Below are positions 1-9,680 of a stretch of 64,000 nucleotides of DNA, in pieces (position 1 is the stretch's first letter; each line of letters opens with the position of its first letter). The stretch comes from Candidatus Pacearchaeota archaeon (GTDB taxonomy: Archaea > Nanobdellota > Nanobdellia > Pacearchaeales > JAHJTO01): assembly GCA_038849525.1 (NCBI GenBank), contig JAWCMS010000001.1, positions 61,612-125,611 of the forward strand, in the 5' to 3' direction. Under the pieces are notes generated by a model, which searched no databases, was not told where the DNA came from, and saw only the letters and a list, made by a program, of their open reading frames with translations. The position numbers were made by a program, and so were the translations under genes.

Positions 1-25
1 TATTTTTTGTTTATATGATTATTTT

Positions 26-1027
26 ATGGGAAAGGAAGCGCTATTCTGGAAAAAATTAAATGATAATAATGTTCAATGCCAGTTGTGTCCTCGCAATTGT
101 ATTATTAAAGAAAGAAAAAGAGGAAATTGTGGTGTAAGAGAAAATCAAAAAGGTAAGCTTTATAGTCTTGTATATTCAAGACCTGCATCTGTTGCTTTAG
201 ATCCTATAGAAAAAAAGCCGCTTTATCATTTTTTTCCTTCTGAAGAAACTTTAAGTTTCGGAACTGTAGGTTGTAATTTGCACTGTCTTTACTGCCAAAA
301 TTTTGAAATTTCGCAATGCAAGCCTGAAAACATTAAAGTAGAAGAAGTAAAACCTACTCAAATAATAGAAAAATGTAGGTCAGTTAAAAGTAAAATTATT
401 TCTTATACTTACACAGAACCTATTATTTTTTATGAATACATGCTTGATACTGCTGAGCTTGCAAAAAGAAACTTTTTAAAAAATGTAATTGTCAGCAATG
501 GATTTATTAATCCTGAACCTTTAAAGAAACTTGTTCCTTTTCTTGATGCTGCGAATATTGACTTTAAAGGAAATGACAGATTTTATAGAGAAATTACAGG
601 AGCATGGTTAGAGCCTGTTTTAAAAACACTCGAGGAATTAAAAAGAAAAAAAGTATGGCTTGAGATAACTAATTTGATTGTCCCAACGCTGAATGATTCT
701 GAGAAAGATATTAAATGGATTGTTGATTGGATCGCTGATAATCTTGATTCTGATGTTCCACTTCATTTTAGTGCATTCTGGCCAACGTACAAACTTCAGC
801 ATCTACCTTCAACTTCTTTGAAAACACTAAGAAAAGCAAGAGAGATAGGAATGAAAAAATTGAATTATGTTTACACTGGAAATTTGCCTGACAGCGAAGG
901 AAATAATACTTATTGCCCTAGATGCAAAAAAGCTGTAATTAAGCGAAATGGGTTCTGGGTTACTGAAAATCTACTGAAAGATGGAAGATGTCCTTGTGGA
1001 GAAAAAATTGCAGGAGTTTGGAAATGA
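26..1027 (+). CDS. amrS: AmmeMemoRadiSam-system radical SAM enzyme (PflA-like)
   Basis: N-terminal CQLCPRNC..CGVR, DPIEKKPLYHF, radical SAM CNLHCLYC, TYTEP, C-terminal YVYTGN..TYCPRC. Confidence 0.85.
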   Translation: MGKEALFWKKLNDNNVQCQLCPRNCIIKERKRGNCGVRENQKGKLYSLVYSRPASVALDPIEKKPLYHFFPSEETLSFGTVGCNLHCLYCQNFEISQCKPENIKVEEVKPTQIIEKCRSVKSKIISYTYTEPIIFYEYMLDTAELAKRNFLKNVIVSNGFINPEPLKKLVPFLDAANIDFKGNDRFYREITGAWLEPVLKTLEELKRKKVWLEITNLIVPTLNDSEKDIKWIVDWIADNLDSDVPLHFSAFWPTYKLQHLPSTSLKTLRKAREIGMKKLNYVYTGNLPDSEGNNTYCPRCKKAVIKRNGFWVTENLLKDGRCPCGEKIAGVWK

Positions 1028-1830
1028 TGAAAAAAATAATTTTTTTCTTTATTTTTCTTATTATTTTAAACTCTTCTGCTTTAGCTGTAAGTATAAATGA
1101 AGTTAAATCAAAGGGCATAGAATGGATTGAAATTTGGAATAAAGATAAAATAATGCTTAATTTAAGCTTATGGACTATTCAAGACAATAGCACAGACAAT
1201 CCAGATACATTAAAATGTGAGATTGAAAACTGCTCTCTTGAGACTAATGTAGAATATTTCTTGATATTAGGAAAGGCTGTAAGAATAGAGAACATAACTT
1301 CTGAAGATGTAGTTTATTTTTATACTGATGACCAAAAAATAGGCAATGGATTAAATGACAATGGAGATATAATAATAATTAAAGAAAATAATTTAACCAT
1401 CAGCAGTATAAGTTATGGAATAATAGAAAATTCTTCTCTCAGCTTCCAGCTTGTCGGAGAAGAGTTGTGCGAAGGAGTGCCAACTCCTGGAAAAGAGAAT
1501 AAATGCATTGAAGAGTCTACAGAAAAAGAAATTAAAAAAGAAGATTCTATAAATAATGAAACAACAATTGAAAAAATTGAAAAAGATGCTGAAATTCTTG
1601 ATGAAAAAGATGATACAAAAAATGAAAGTGATAATATTACAAGAATAATTGCTAATCAGACTAATACTAAAAAAACATTAACAACGCAGACAATCAAAGA
1701 AAATATGACTTCTGAAAATGTAAAGATAATTTATCAATCTAAAAATGATAAAATAAAAGATGCAACAATTTACTTATTAATGGGTTTGCTTATTTTGCTT
1801 GTTATATACATAATTAAACGCAAGATTTAA
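1024..1830 (+). CDS. Secreted lamin-tail-domain (LTD) protein with C-terminal membrane anchor
   Basis: Start moved to ATG 1024 (ATGA overlap); signal peptide; LTD motifs INEV..EWIEIWN..LSLWTIQD..GLNDNGD..PTPGKEN; acidic/Thr linker; C-terminal TM plus KRK. Confidence 0.7.
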   Translation: MMKKIIFFFIFLIILNSSALAVSINEVKSKGIEWIEIWNKDKIMLNLSLWTIQDNSTDNPDTLKCEIENCSLETNVEYFLILGKAVRIENITSEDVVYFYTDDQKIGNGLNDNGDIIIIKENNLTISSISYGIIENSSLSFQLVGEELCEGVPTPGKENKCIEESTEKEIKKEDSINNETTIEKIEKDAEILDEKDDTKNESDNITRIIANQTNTKKTLTTQTIKENMTSENVKIIYQSKNDKIKDATIYLLMGLLILLVIYIIKRKI

Positions 1831-1854
1831 AACAATAAAAGTTAAAATAAAAAG

Positions 1855-2370
1855 ATGACAAATGTGAATATTAGAGAGAAAATAGAAGAAGGGTGGATTA
1901 GATGTATAGTAATAATTGAGGTTCTTGGAAAGCCGGCAGAATATTTAGACAAAGTTCTAAAAAAAGCAATCGAAGAGCTTGAAAAAGAAAAAAATATTAT
2001 TGTTATAGAAAAAAAATTCAACGAGCCAAAACCGATAGAGAAAATGTTTTCAACTTTTACCGAGTTAGAACTGTTAATAAAAGATATGCATACCTTAACA
2101 GAATTTGTTTTTGCTTATATGCCTTCTAATATTGAGATAATAGAACCAAATGATATAAAATTTGAACTAGTCAGTGCAAATGAATTTATTAATAAATTAA
2201 TTGCAAGGATACACCAATATGATGCAATTGCAAAAAGAATAGGATTTGAGAATAAATTGCTTAAACATAAGTTAGAAGAGCTTGGAGAGTTACCAGAAGA
2301 GATTAAAGAGATGGATAAAATATTAGAAGAAACAAGAAAAAAAGCAGAAAAAGAAGCAAAAGAAAAATAA
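1855..2370 (+). CDS. Conserved archaeal hypothetical protein (ferredoxin-like fold plus coiled coil)
   Basis: IIEVLGKP...FSTFTELEL...YMPSNIEIIEP pattern recalled from DPANN/euryarchaeal hypotheticals; helical C-terminus. Confidence 0.55.
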   Translation: MTNVNIREKIEEGWIRCIVIIEVLGKPAEYLDKVLKKAIEELEKEKNIIVIEKKFNEPKPIEKMFSTFTELELLIKDMHTLTEFVFAYMPSNIEIIEPNDIKFELVSANEFINKLIARIHQYDAIAKRIGFENKLLKHKLEELGELPEEIKEMDKILEETRKKAEKEAKEK

Positions 2371-2378
2371 ACTTTAGA

Positions 2379-4568
2379 TTATTGATTAAACTTTTTTTCT
2401 TCTGTTTCTATTTCTCTAAAAGGCATTTTTGACTCTTCTTTTATTTTTTCAAGAACTCTTGTAAGAGCAGGTTTTTTGGGCTTCCGCAGTTTAAGAAGGA
2501 CAAATAAGATAACTATGATAATAGCAAGAATAATCATTATTATACTTATTGTTTTCATTGATACTTTTTCTTTTACTTGAGATTGCACACACGTTCCAAG
2601 ACAACATTCTCCTTCTTTTGTTATTGTCAGATTTCCTGAACAAGAATAACCAGAACTACAAATTTTTCCATTCAGTTCAGAACAGGATTTTTCTGAAATA
2701 ACTTGCTGTTTTGCAGAAATATAAACAGGAATACTTACCGACTGTCCTTTTGATTCTGCTATTATCTGTCCTAAATAATCAAAAGGATATTTTGATTTAA
2801 ATTTGATTGTTAAAGTTTCAAGTGAATTAGGTTTCAGAGTGATTGAAAGTGGGATTTCTTCGATAACTTCGGAAAGACCCCAAATCGCAAAATCTATAGT
2901 TAATGGCTCTGATGCAAGATTTCTAATAGTTATGTTAACTTCATGAACTTCATTAATATTTATTGTTTCATTAATCTCAGATTCAAGAAATTGAAAATTT
3001 GCTGTTTTCAAAGTTTTTTCAGATACTGTTTGATTTATAATATTTGTTTTTGTTCCAAGAGGAATAATAACAAGAGGAACAGAATAGCTTCTTTCTACAT
3101 TTTTGAAGTTGTAAGTTATATCAATAGAAGAAATTGTAAACTCTTGAATCTGTGGAATTGAAAAAGTTAACGGTAAAGTTGTTTTAGGGGGCAAGATTAT
3201 ATTTTGTGAAGCACCATAAAAAACTGCTTTAAGAGTGACTGGAAAAATGCCTTTGTTTGTAATTTTAAAAGTTATATTTTGCATAGGATTTGCCTTTATA
3301 ATTCCCTGTTCCAAAGAAACAATAGGTTCGATTTCATCTGAAAAAACTTGTAAAGCAAGTGCTTGTTCTTCAAAACTAAAATTATCAAGATTCTCTCGTA
3401 TCCAACTTTTTGCTTTTGCATTTTCTATTGCTTTAATTGCTGAAACAGTCGCTGAAACACTTGAGATATTTGAAATTGTCAATGAAAAATTGCTCCAGTA
3501 ACCTAAAGGATGCTGGTTATTCACCAACCATTCGTTAAAATCTGGCTTTTTTGTATAAATATAAGCGTAAGCTATTTCTTCTGTTGTCTTTGCATTTTCA
3601 ACAAGCCAAGATTCTGCTTTTGTGTCCCGAAATATTTGCAATGCATACGCTGTCGCTTCTGCATTACACTCGCTTTTATAAGTTTTACCCCAACATTTTT
3701 TATTATTTATTATTCCTAAAGAAAATTCATGAACTTTACCAAGATAGGTATGGGAAATTTTTGCGCTATTGACATTACAATCTAACGAAACATTAATTAT
3801 TTCAGCGTCAGGAAAGTCAAGAGAAAATTCATTTATGCCTAAAGGAATCGATAGTTCTTTTACTTTTTCATTAATTGTCAAATTACATTTTTTTTCTGAA
3901 TCTGATTCTACAACTAACATCCATATTCCATTATCGACTGAATTTTGCGAGTCGAACAGCCAATTTTTTGCTTTTTCTGTATTATTACCTAAAGCGAGAA
4001 TAGCGAGAGATGTTGACTTGACAGTACAGACAGGAGAAGGCCAACATTCACCTGTTCCTTTTTTTAAAAGAGCATTTTTGCCCTCCGCTGTTAACTCTGG
4101 AAAATTAGTTAATGCAATAAGCGCTAAAGAAAGCTCATCTGAATTTAAATAGGCTGATCTAGTTCTGACTTTGTCTGCAAGCGAAGAATAATAATATTGA
4201 AGTGGTTTTTTTACTGTGAATGAAATTTTTTTACTTTCTTCTTTCAATGTTTCATTTTCTCTGCATATGACTTTTGCAACAGAAAGTTCATTTAAACCGT
4301 ATTTTTCTGGAATATCAAAAAAAACAATCCATTTATTCGCAGCTATCTGCTCTAATGAGAATATGGGAAAATATTCCTTTCCATTACAATAAAAATAAAT
4401 GTTATTATAAGTGAGAGGTTTTATTAGATTACCAGTAATTTCTACTTGGAAAGTTTCTCCTGCGAGATATAGTGTCTTTGCTGTCTTTATATCTAAACAT
4501 TGCGCTGAAATTAAAGGGATAGAGAAAATTAAAAAAATAAAAGTAAATAAAAAGTATAACTTTTTCAT
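2379..4568 (-). CDS. Secreted membrane-anchored protein: alpha/alpha-toroid (prenyltransferase/squalene-cyclase-like repeats), Ig-like domains, Cys-rich module
   Basis: Signal peptide; AKNWLFDSQ / WLVNNQHPLGYW QW-like repeats; beta-rich Ig-like region; CSELNGKIC..CC; C-terminal TM and basic tail; upstream AAAGAGGTT. Confidence 0.6.
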   Translation of the reverse strand: MKKLYFLFTFIFLIFSIPLISAQCLDIKTAKTLYLAGETFQVEITGNLIKPLTYNNIYFYCNGKEYFPIFSLEQIAANKWIVFFDIPEKYGLNELSVAKVICRENETLKEESKKISFTVKKPLQYYYSSLADKVRTRSAYLNSDELSLALIALTNFPELTAEGKNALLKKGTGECWPSPVCTVKSTSLAILALGNNTEKAKNWLFDSQNSVDNGIWMLVVESDSEKKCNLTINEKVKELSIPLGINEFSLDFPDAEIINVSLDCNVNSAKISHTYLGKVHEFSLGIINNKKCWGKTYKSECNAEATAYALQIFRDTKAESWLVENAKTTEEIAYAYIYTKKPDFNEWLVNNQHPLGYWSNFSLTISNISSVSATVSAIKAIENAKAKSWIRENLDNFSFEEQALALQVFSDEIEPIVSLEQGIIKANPMQNITFKITNKGIFPVTLKAVFYGASQNIILPPKTTLPLTFSIPQIQEFTISSIDITYNFKNVERSYSVPLVIIPLGTKTNIINQTVSEKTLKTANFQFLESEINETININEVHEVNITIRNLASEPLTIDFAIWGLSEVIEEIPLSITLKPNSLETLTIKFKSKYPFDYLGQIIAESKGQSVSIPVYISAKQQVISEKSCSELNGKICSSGYSCSGNLTITKEGECCLGTCVQSQVKEKVSMKTISIIMIILAIIIVILFVLLKLRKPKKPALTRVLEKIKEESKMPFREIETEEKKFNQ

Positions 4569-4610
4569 GCTAACCTCTTTTTACATAAGCAGAATTAATG
4601 ATTAATAAAT

Positions 4611-6536
4611 TTATTTCTTTTCTTCTGCTAGCTTTTTTAATTTTTTTAAAGTTTCATCTAATTCTTTCGTTTCTTTTCTGACTAATGGTTTTGTTGGTTG
4701 TGGCTGTGATTGTATTGCTGCTTGTGAAGGTATCTGTTGAGAAGGTTGTTGTATTAATGGACGGATTTGGGGTTTATAACTTGAAAGGGTAGTAGGAAAA
4801 AGAGATTTTTTAATTATTGGTTTTTTGAAAAAACCTTTTTTATAAAGAAAAAATGCGCCTGCTGCTAATGCAAGAATGATTATGATAATGATAAAAGGAA
4901 GAATATTTGTTTTTGATTTACATTTTTCTGAACAGCAATAAGAAGTATCCGAAGCTGTAAGCCATACACCTTTACATTCCTGTTCTGCAGTACACTTAAA
5001 TCCTTTCTGTTCAGAGCATGTTTTGACAGGTATACATGTTGCAAGACAGCATTCATCGGTATCGAAGGCTTTAACTATATGTTCTGAGCATTTTTCATCT
5101 AAGGAACAGATTTTACCTCCTTTTTGAGAACATGTTTCTGTGCAATCATTATCATTGAAGTCTATTTTGCCATCGCCATCATTGTCAAAATTATCATCAC
5201 AAGTTAATTCCTCGGGATATTCGCATCTTTTTTGTATTCCTGTAATAAGAGTTATCCATTCTCCCCTACATTCTCTTTTTATGCAGTCATTAGAAGTTTT
5301 GCATTCTACTCTTGCACCTTTTGGTTTACAGCATATTCCTGATATGCAGGAATAATCTGCCTGCTCTTCATCTTCAAAACAAGAGATTCTACATACATAA
5401 TCATAAACATCTTGGCATTCATTACTTGGCAAGATTCTTTGGACAGAGGGCCATACTAATGAAAGAATTAATGATGTATCCCTTAGTTTAGCAGTTGTGC
5501 CCCACCCATCTTTTTGTTCATTAATAAGCCATTCTTTTGCTTTTGTTATATTATCTGAAGAATAATCCTTAAGAGCATTAATTGCAAGAGCAGTATCATA
5601 ATATTTGCCAAATCCACCTACATCCGACCAGTAGCCTTCTTTACTTTGTTGAGCTAAAAGAGATTCTGCATATTCTGTTTTTGACGTTAGTAGATAAAGA
5701 AATGCATCTGCCATAAATTTCTGATTTTCTTCTTTTTGGTCAATAAGATAAGGAATTAAAAAAGAATAATCATTGCCTGTTTCTTTTAATGCATAAGCAG
5801 CCCATAATGTTGAATCATAGTTGCATGCTATTCCTTCTTTCAAACAAACTGTTCTTATCGCAACAGTTGCAGAAGTTGGAAAGCTTTCTGAAGGCACATA
5901 CAAAATGTCTTGATGTTTATAAGGCAAAGAAACTACAGATGGTTTAGTGCATGTAATATCAAAGGATTTATCAAGACATGTTTTTGAAATTTCAAGCCAA
6001 TAATTGTCATTTGTGAGGCTTAAACAGGTCGGTGTTGAACCAGACCAAGAATAAGTTTTGTTTTTATAAACATTAAGATTGTAAGTTTTTGAATCATAAT
6101 TAATTGTGCAATTTGTCTCATATTCTGAATCTATCTGCAAAAACCATCTAATTCCTGTAGAAGTATACGCTGCTTTTCTTTCGAGCAACCATGAAACAGC
6201 AGAGTCTGTATTCTGTCCAAGCCTATTTAATGCTAGAACTGCAAAAGCCGTGGATTTTATTTTGCATGTTGGGGATGGCCAGCATTCTCTGTTTTTAGAC
6301 TTATTTAATAAAGTATTTTTTCCTTCTGTTGCTAATCTATCATCATATGAAAGCGCAAAGAGAGCAAGGGAAATATCGTCTGAAGAGAGAATATTCCATT
6401 TTCCATCAACCTGATTTATTAACCATAAATTTGCCTGTTGAACAGCTTTTGTTTCCAAAGTTTCATTTATCTCTGCAGATGTCAGAGGAATTAGAAAGGT
6501 TGCCAGTAAAAGTAACAACAAAACCCTCTTTTTCAT
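4611..6536 (-). CDS. Paralogous secreted membrane-anchored alpha-toroid protein with Cys-rich repeats and DxDxDG Ca-binding motif
   Basis: Shares ECWPSPxCxxKST.xA.LAL with 2379..4568; LLAQQSKEGYW, AKEWLINEQKDGW; CDDNFDNDGDGKID; TM; Pro/Gln-rich tail. Confidence 0.6.
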   Translation of the reverse strand: MKKRVLLLLLLATFLIPLTSAEINETLETKAVQQANLWLINQVDGKWNILSSDDISLALFALSYDDRLATEGKNTLLNKSKNRECWPSPTCKIKSTAFAVLALNRLGQNTDSAVSWLLERKAAYTSTGIRWFLQIDSEYETNCTINYDSKTYNLNVYKNKTYSWSGSTPTCLSLTNDNYWLEISKTCLDKSFDITCTKPSVVSLPYKHQDILYVPSESFPTSATVAIRTVCLKEGIACNYDSTLWAAYALKETGNDYSFLIPYLIDQKEENQKFMADAFLYLLTSKTEYAESLLAQQSKEGYWSDVGGFGKYYDTALAINALKDYSSDNITKAKEWLINEQKDGWGTTAKLRDTSLILSLVWPSVQRILPSNECQDVYDYVCRISCFEDEEQADYSCISGICCKPKGARVECKTSNDCIKRECRGEWITLITGIQKRCEYPEELTCDDNFDNDGDGKIDFNDNDCTETCSQKGGKICSLDEKCSEHIVKAFDTDECCLATCIPVKTCSEQKGFKCTAEQECKGVWLTASDTSYCCSEKCKSKTNILPFIIIIIILALAAGAFFLYKKGFFKKPIIKKSLFPTTLSSYKPQIRPLIQQPSQQIPSQAAIQSQPQPTKPLVRKETKELDETLKKLKKLAEEKK

Positions 6537-6673
6537 TTTATTTAAAAGGAAAAGAGATTTAAAATTCTTTCTTTTTTATATTTTATAAAAAATGAATATC
6601 ATATTAAAAGATGTGCATTTTGTTGGCTGTAAATTGCTTAATAATTAACAAAAGCTAGTCTTTAACTGCTTTT

Positions 6674-7939
6674 TTAAACCTTTTTTCGTGCTGACTTTTT
6701 TTCATTTTGTTCCTGCTCTTTTAACTTATTTTTCATAAATATATAATTCACAGGATTTTTTATTTTTTTACAGAAAAAGTCAGGATGGCAGATTCCTAAT
6801 TCTTTATATCTTGAATTTTCACAATTTGGTGGAAGCATCGTTTTGTGTTTGAAAGTCCAGTTTAGCTGTGAAAGAATGTAACCGCTCCTTAAAGGCAAAT
6901 AATTAAGTTTGTTCCATCCTTCTATTTTTTCCTTTATTTCATGCTCTGGAAGGTTTATAGAGCGCAAAAAATTAAGTAAAATAAATAATGCCCTCTTTCT
7001 GCCATCTTCTTTTATACCTTGCAAACAATTTTTTATGCATGGTGGATAAGTTTCTGGAGAAACATCTTTAATTGTAATTATTTTTGCAGATTTTTTTTCT
7101 TCTTCTTTTTTTGTTTTTTTGCTCCAGTCAAGAGCCTGAATCACAAGCTCTTTGGCTTCATCTTTTTTTGCTTGAGGCAAAAATGATTTTGGATATACTC
7201 TATCTGGCTTTGCCCATCCAGGGCTGAATTCATCTAACTGCTCTGGTTTAATTACAATACTTACCAATCCTGATTTTTCATTTAAAGAATATGGTGCGCG
7301 GAATAGATGTCTTGGAGAAACAAGAATCATATCTGGAATTACTTCCTTCGCAAAATCTCCCGAGACTTCTATTCCTTTTATATAATTGTTTTTTTGTAGT
7401 TTGCTCATTTCATCTGACAGTTTATTTTTAATAAATGCTGAAAGATATTGAACAATTATCCTTGGTAATTCTGGAAAAAGAATCTCTGTTCTTATACCAT
7501 TTATTTCTGAAGGAAATGCACTCCATGGAACTCCTATATGAAATCCTTTATTTCCAGAATATTTTATCCCAATACTTGAAATATTATGAAATTTTAACGC
7601 TTCAATCATCAATTTTGCTGCTATTTTGCTATAATCAAGAAACTTGCTGTCTATGTCAATAATCAAATCCCATCCTATTCTTAAAGAATCAAATTCTTCT
7701 TTTGTCATGTCTGTTTTTAGTTCTAGAGGATTGCTCCATAACTCTTCTGAACAGTGAAAAGATGTAACTCCCTTTTCTATCAGCCCTTGAAAATCATTTT
7801 CATATTCTAAAGTATCTGGGCGTTTGCCAAATCTGCCATTAAAATTAAATGCAACTTCTCTTTTTCTTGAGAACTCAAGTAAAGTCTTTTGAATGTCTTT
7901 TCTTGAATAATAAGATCTTGCTTTGCTTATAATATTCAT
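6674..7939 (-). CDS. priS: Fused DNA primase (PriS catalytic domain + PriL C-terminal Fe-S domain)
   Basis: DLIIDID, SGNKGFH, RHLFRAPYSLNEKSG (PriS); YPPCI..PPNC..GIC..C..IKNP (PriL-CTD); likely ATG at 7939. Confidence 0.88.
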   Translation of the reverse strand: MNIISKARSYYSRKDIQKTLLEFSRKREVAFNFNGRFGKRPDTLEYENDFQGLIEKGVTSFHCSEELWSNPLELKTDMTKEEFDSLRIGWDLIIDIDSKFLDYSKIAAKLMIEALKFHNISSIGIKYSGNKGFHIGVPWSAFPSEINGIRTEILFPELPRIIVQYLSAFIKNKLSDEMSKLQKNNYIKGIEVSGDFAKEVIPDMILVSPRHLFRAPYSLNEKSGLVSIVIKPEQLDEFSPGWAKPDRVYPKSFLPQAKKDEAKELVIQALDWSKKTKKEEEKKSAKIITIKDVSPETYPPCIKNCLQGIKEDGRKRALFILLNFLRSINLPEHEIKEKIEGWNKLNYLPLRSGYILSQLNWTFKHKTMLPPNCENSRYKELGICHPDFFCKKIKNPVNYIFMKNKLKEQEQNEKKSARKKV

Positions 7940-8055
7940 AAAATTTTTTATCTTAATATTTTTAATAATCTTTTGATGATTGAGTATATAGTTGTTAATC
8001 AATACAATAAACCTTAAAAATAAGAAGAGATAGATTTCTCTGTTAATTTCCAAAA

Positions 8056-8772
8056 ATGTTACTAAAACTTGCTGATCCAAAATTGCTTACAGACTCTATA
8101 GCTATAATTTCTGAATTAGTAACTGAAGTAAGAATTAAAGTAAACAAAGTAGGATTGAGTATAATCGCTGTTGATCCTGCAAATGTAGCTTTAGTATCAT
8201 TAAAAATTCCTCATTCGTGCTTCACCCATTTTGAATCAGAAGAAGAAAGTTTATGCGTGAATCTCGAAGATTTTAAACAGATATTAAAAAGAGCAGAAAT
8301 TGGTTCTACATTAATACTCGAGAAAGAAAATAATAAATTAAAGATAAGCATAGAAAATGAAATAAGAAGAAATTTTTATCTTTCGCTAATAAATATTGAA
8401 CAAGAAGAGAAAATGATTCCTGAATTAGAATTCAATGCTTCAGTTGAATTGGCATCTGAAATGTTTAAGCATGCAATTGAAGATGCAGCTGTTGTTTCAG
8501 ATGCGTGTTCATTTGAACTTGGAAAAAACTTTATAATAGAAGCTAAAGGTGCATTAAACGCAACAAGAACCGAATTTTCTAGCGATGAAGCGAAATTTAA
8601 AGGGGAAGCGAAAGCAAAATATTCTCTCGAATATTTACAAAAATTCATAAAAGCATCAAGGTTTTCTGACAAAGTAAGTCTACAATACAAGACTGATTTT
8701 CCTCTGCGTTTAGATTTCAGAGGAAATATAGACATGACATTTATTCTTGCTCCAAGAGTTGAAGAAGATTAA
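8056..8772 (+). CDS. pcn: DNA polymerase sliding clamp PCNA
   Basis: AVDPANVALVSL, YSLEYL, PLRLDF..FILAPRVE. Confidence 0.97.
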   Translation: MLLKLADPKLLTDSIAIISELVTEVRIKVNKVGLSIIAVDPANVALVSLKIPHSCFTHFESEEESLCVNLEDFKQILKRAEIGSTLILEKENNKLKISIENEIRRNFYLSLINIEQEEKMIPELEFNASVELASEMFKHAIEDAAVVSDACSFELGKNFIIEAKGALNATRTEFSSDEAKFKGEAKAKYSLEYLQKFIKASRFSDKVSLQYKTDFPLRLDFRGNIDMTFILAPRVEED

Positions 8773-8896
8773 TCCTTTTTGTTATTTAAAAATTTAAACA
8801 ATTATGAATGCCTGTTCATAATATAGTTTTAGTATTTATAAGCAAGGTTTATAAAAACAAAAATCCTCTAAAAAACATCTAAAAACAGAGGAAAAA

Positions 8897-9679
8897 ATGT
8901 TCAAAAGAGGACAGATTACTTTATTTGTGATTATAGCTATTCTTCTTGTTGGTGCTGTAGCTATATTTTTACTTTTTCAGCAAGGAATAATAAAACCTTC
9001 CGTATCTCCAGAAGAAGCTGAGAAAATCGTTGCTTCTGAAGTTCAACCAGTAAAGGATTTGATGATTAGATGTGTAAAAGAATCTTATTTTGATGCTTTA
9101 AAGAAAATAGGCATGCAAGGAGGGTACTGTTCTCCTGTGCCAGTAAAACATAATCAGATTGGAAATTATTCTGTTCCTTATCTTGTTGAGAAGTCTGGAG
9201 AGAGATATATTAATAATATTCTTTTGCTTGAAGGAGATGGGATAACGATAGAAAAAGAAATAGAAAAATGTACAGACATGCAAAAGATAATGAAGTGTAT
9301 TAATAATTTTAAGTCATTTAAAGATGTAGATGTTAAAGCTAGCAGAGATATAAGAATAAATACAAAATTCTTTAATGGAAAGATTATTTTAACAATAAAT
9401 TATCCTTTAACAATTTCTAGAGGAAGTGCAAAGACAACAATAGAGGAAATGAAACTTGAAATAAAATCAGGACTGCAAAATGTCTATAATGCGGTTATAG
9501 AAATAACAAATTCTGAAATAAAGAATCATGATTTTAATATCAATGAATTTGCAAGAAAAAATCTTTTTGTAAGCATAGAAAGGCAAGGAGCGCTTGAAGG
9601 AATTTATTATTATTTAAAAACAAAACCTCAGCAAGAAGATGAAGAATCTTATGAATTTAATTTTATAGTTGAGAGATAA
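8897..9679 (+). CDS. Class III signal peptide (pilin-like) protein
   Basis: KRG|QITLFVIIAILLV basic-G|Q-hydrophobic N-terminus. Confidence 0.7.
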   Translation: MFKRGQITLFVIIAILLVGAVAIFLLFQQGIIKPSVSPEEAEKIVASEVQPVKDLMIRCVKESYFDALKKIGMQGGYCSPVPVKHNQIGNYSVPYLVEKSGERYINNILLLEGDGITIEKEIEKCTDMQKIMKCINNFKSFKDVDVKASRDIRINTKFFNGKIILTINYPLTISRGSAKTTIEEMKLEIKSGLQNVYNAVIEITNSEIKNHDFNINEFARKNLFVSIERQGALEGIYYYLKTKPQQEDEESYEFNFIVER

Positions 9680-9680
9680 A

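Noticed and set aside
5000-5025. CSEQ in the 641-aa protein as a complement/alpha-2-macroglobulin thioester (CxEQ) motif
   Set aside because: It lies inside a six-Cys micro-repeat near the membrane, not at the start of the toroid domain, and the equivalent repeats read CSQK and CSEL.
2943-6562. Short + strand ORFs overlapping the two large minus-strand genes (and similar antisense ORFs throughout the window)
   Set aside because: They are shadow ORFs antisense to well-supported genes, with Phe/Ser/Ile-biased composition typical of reverse-complemented AT-rich coding DNA.
7940-8080. N-terminal extensions from alternative starts (primase; also 988, 15284, 15760, 16946, 29303, 54921, 55820)
   Set aside because: They overlap neighbouring genes or promoters and lack family similarity; downstream ATGs fit better.
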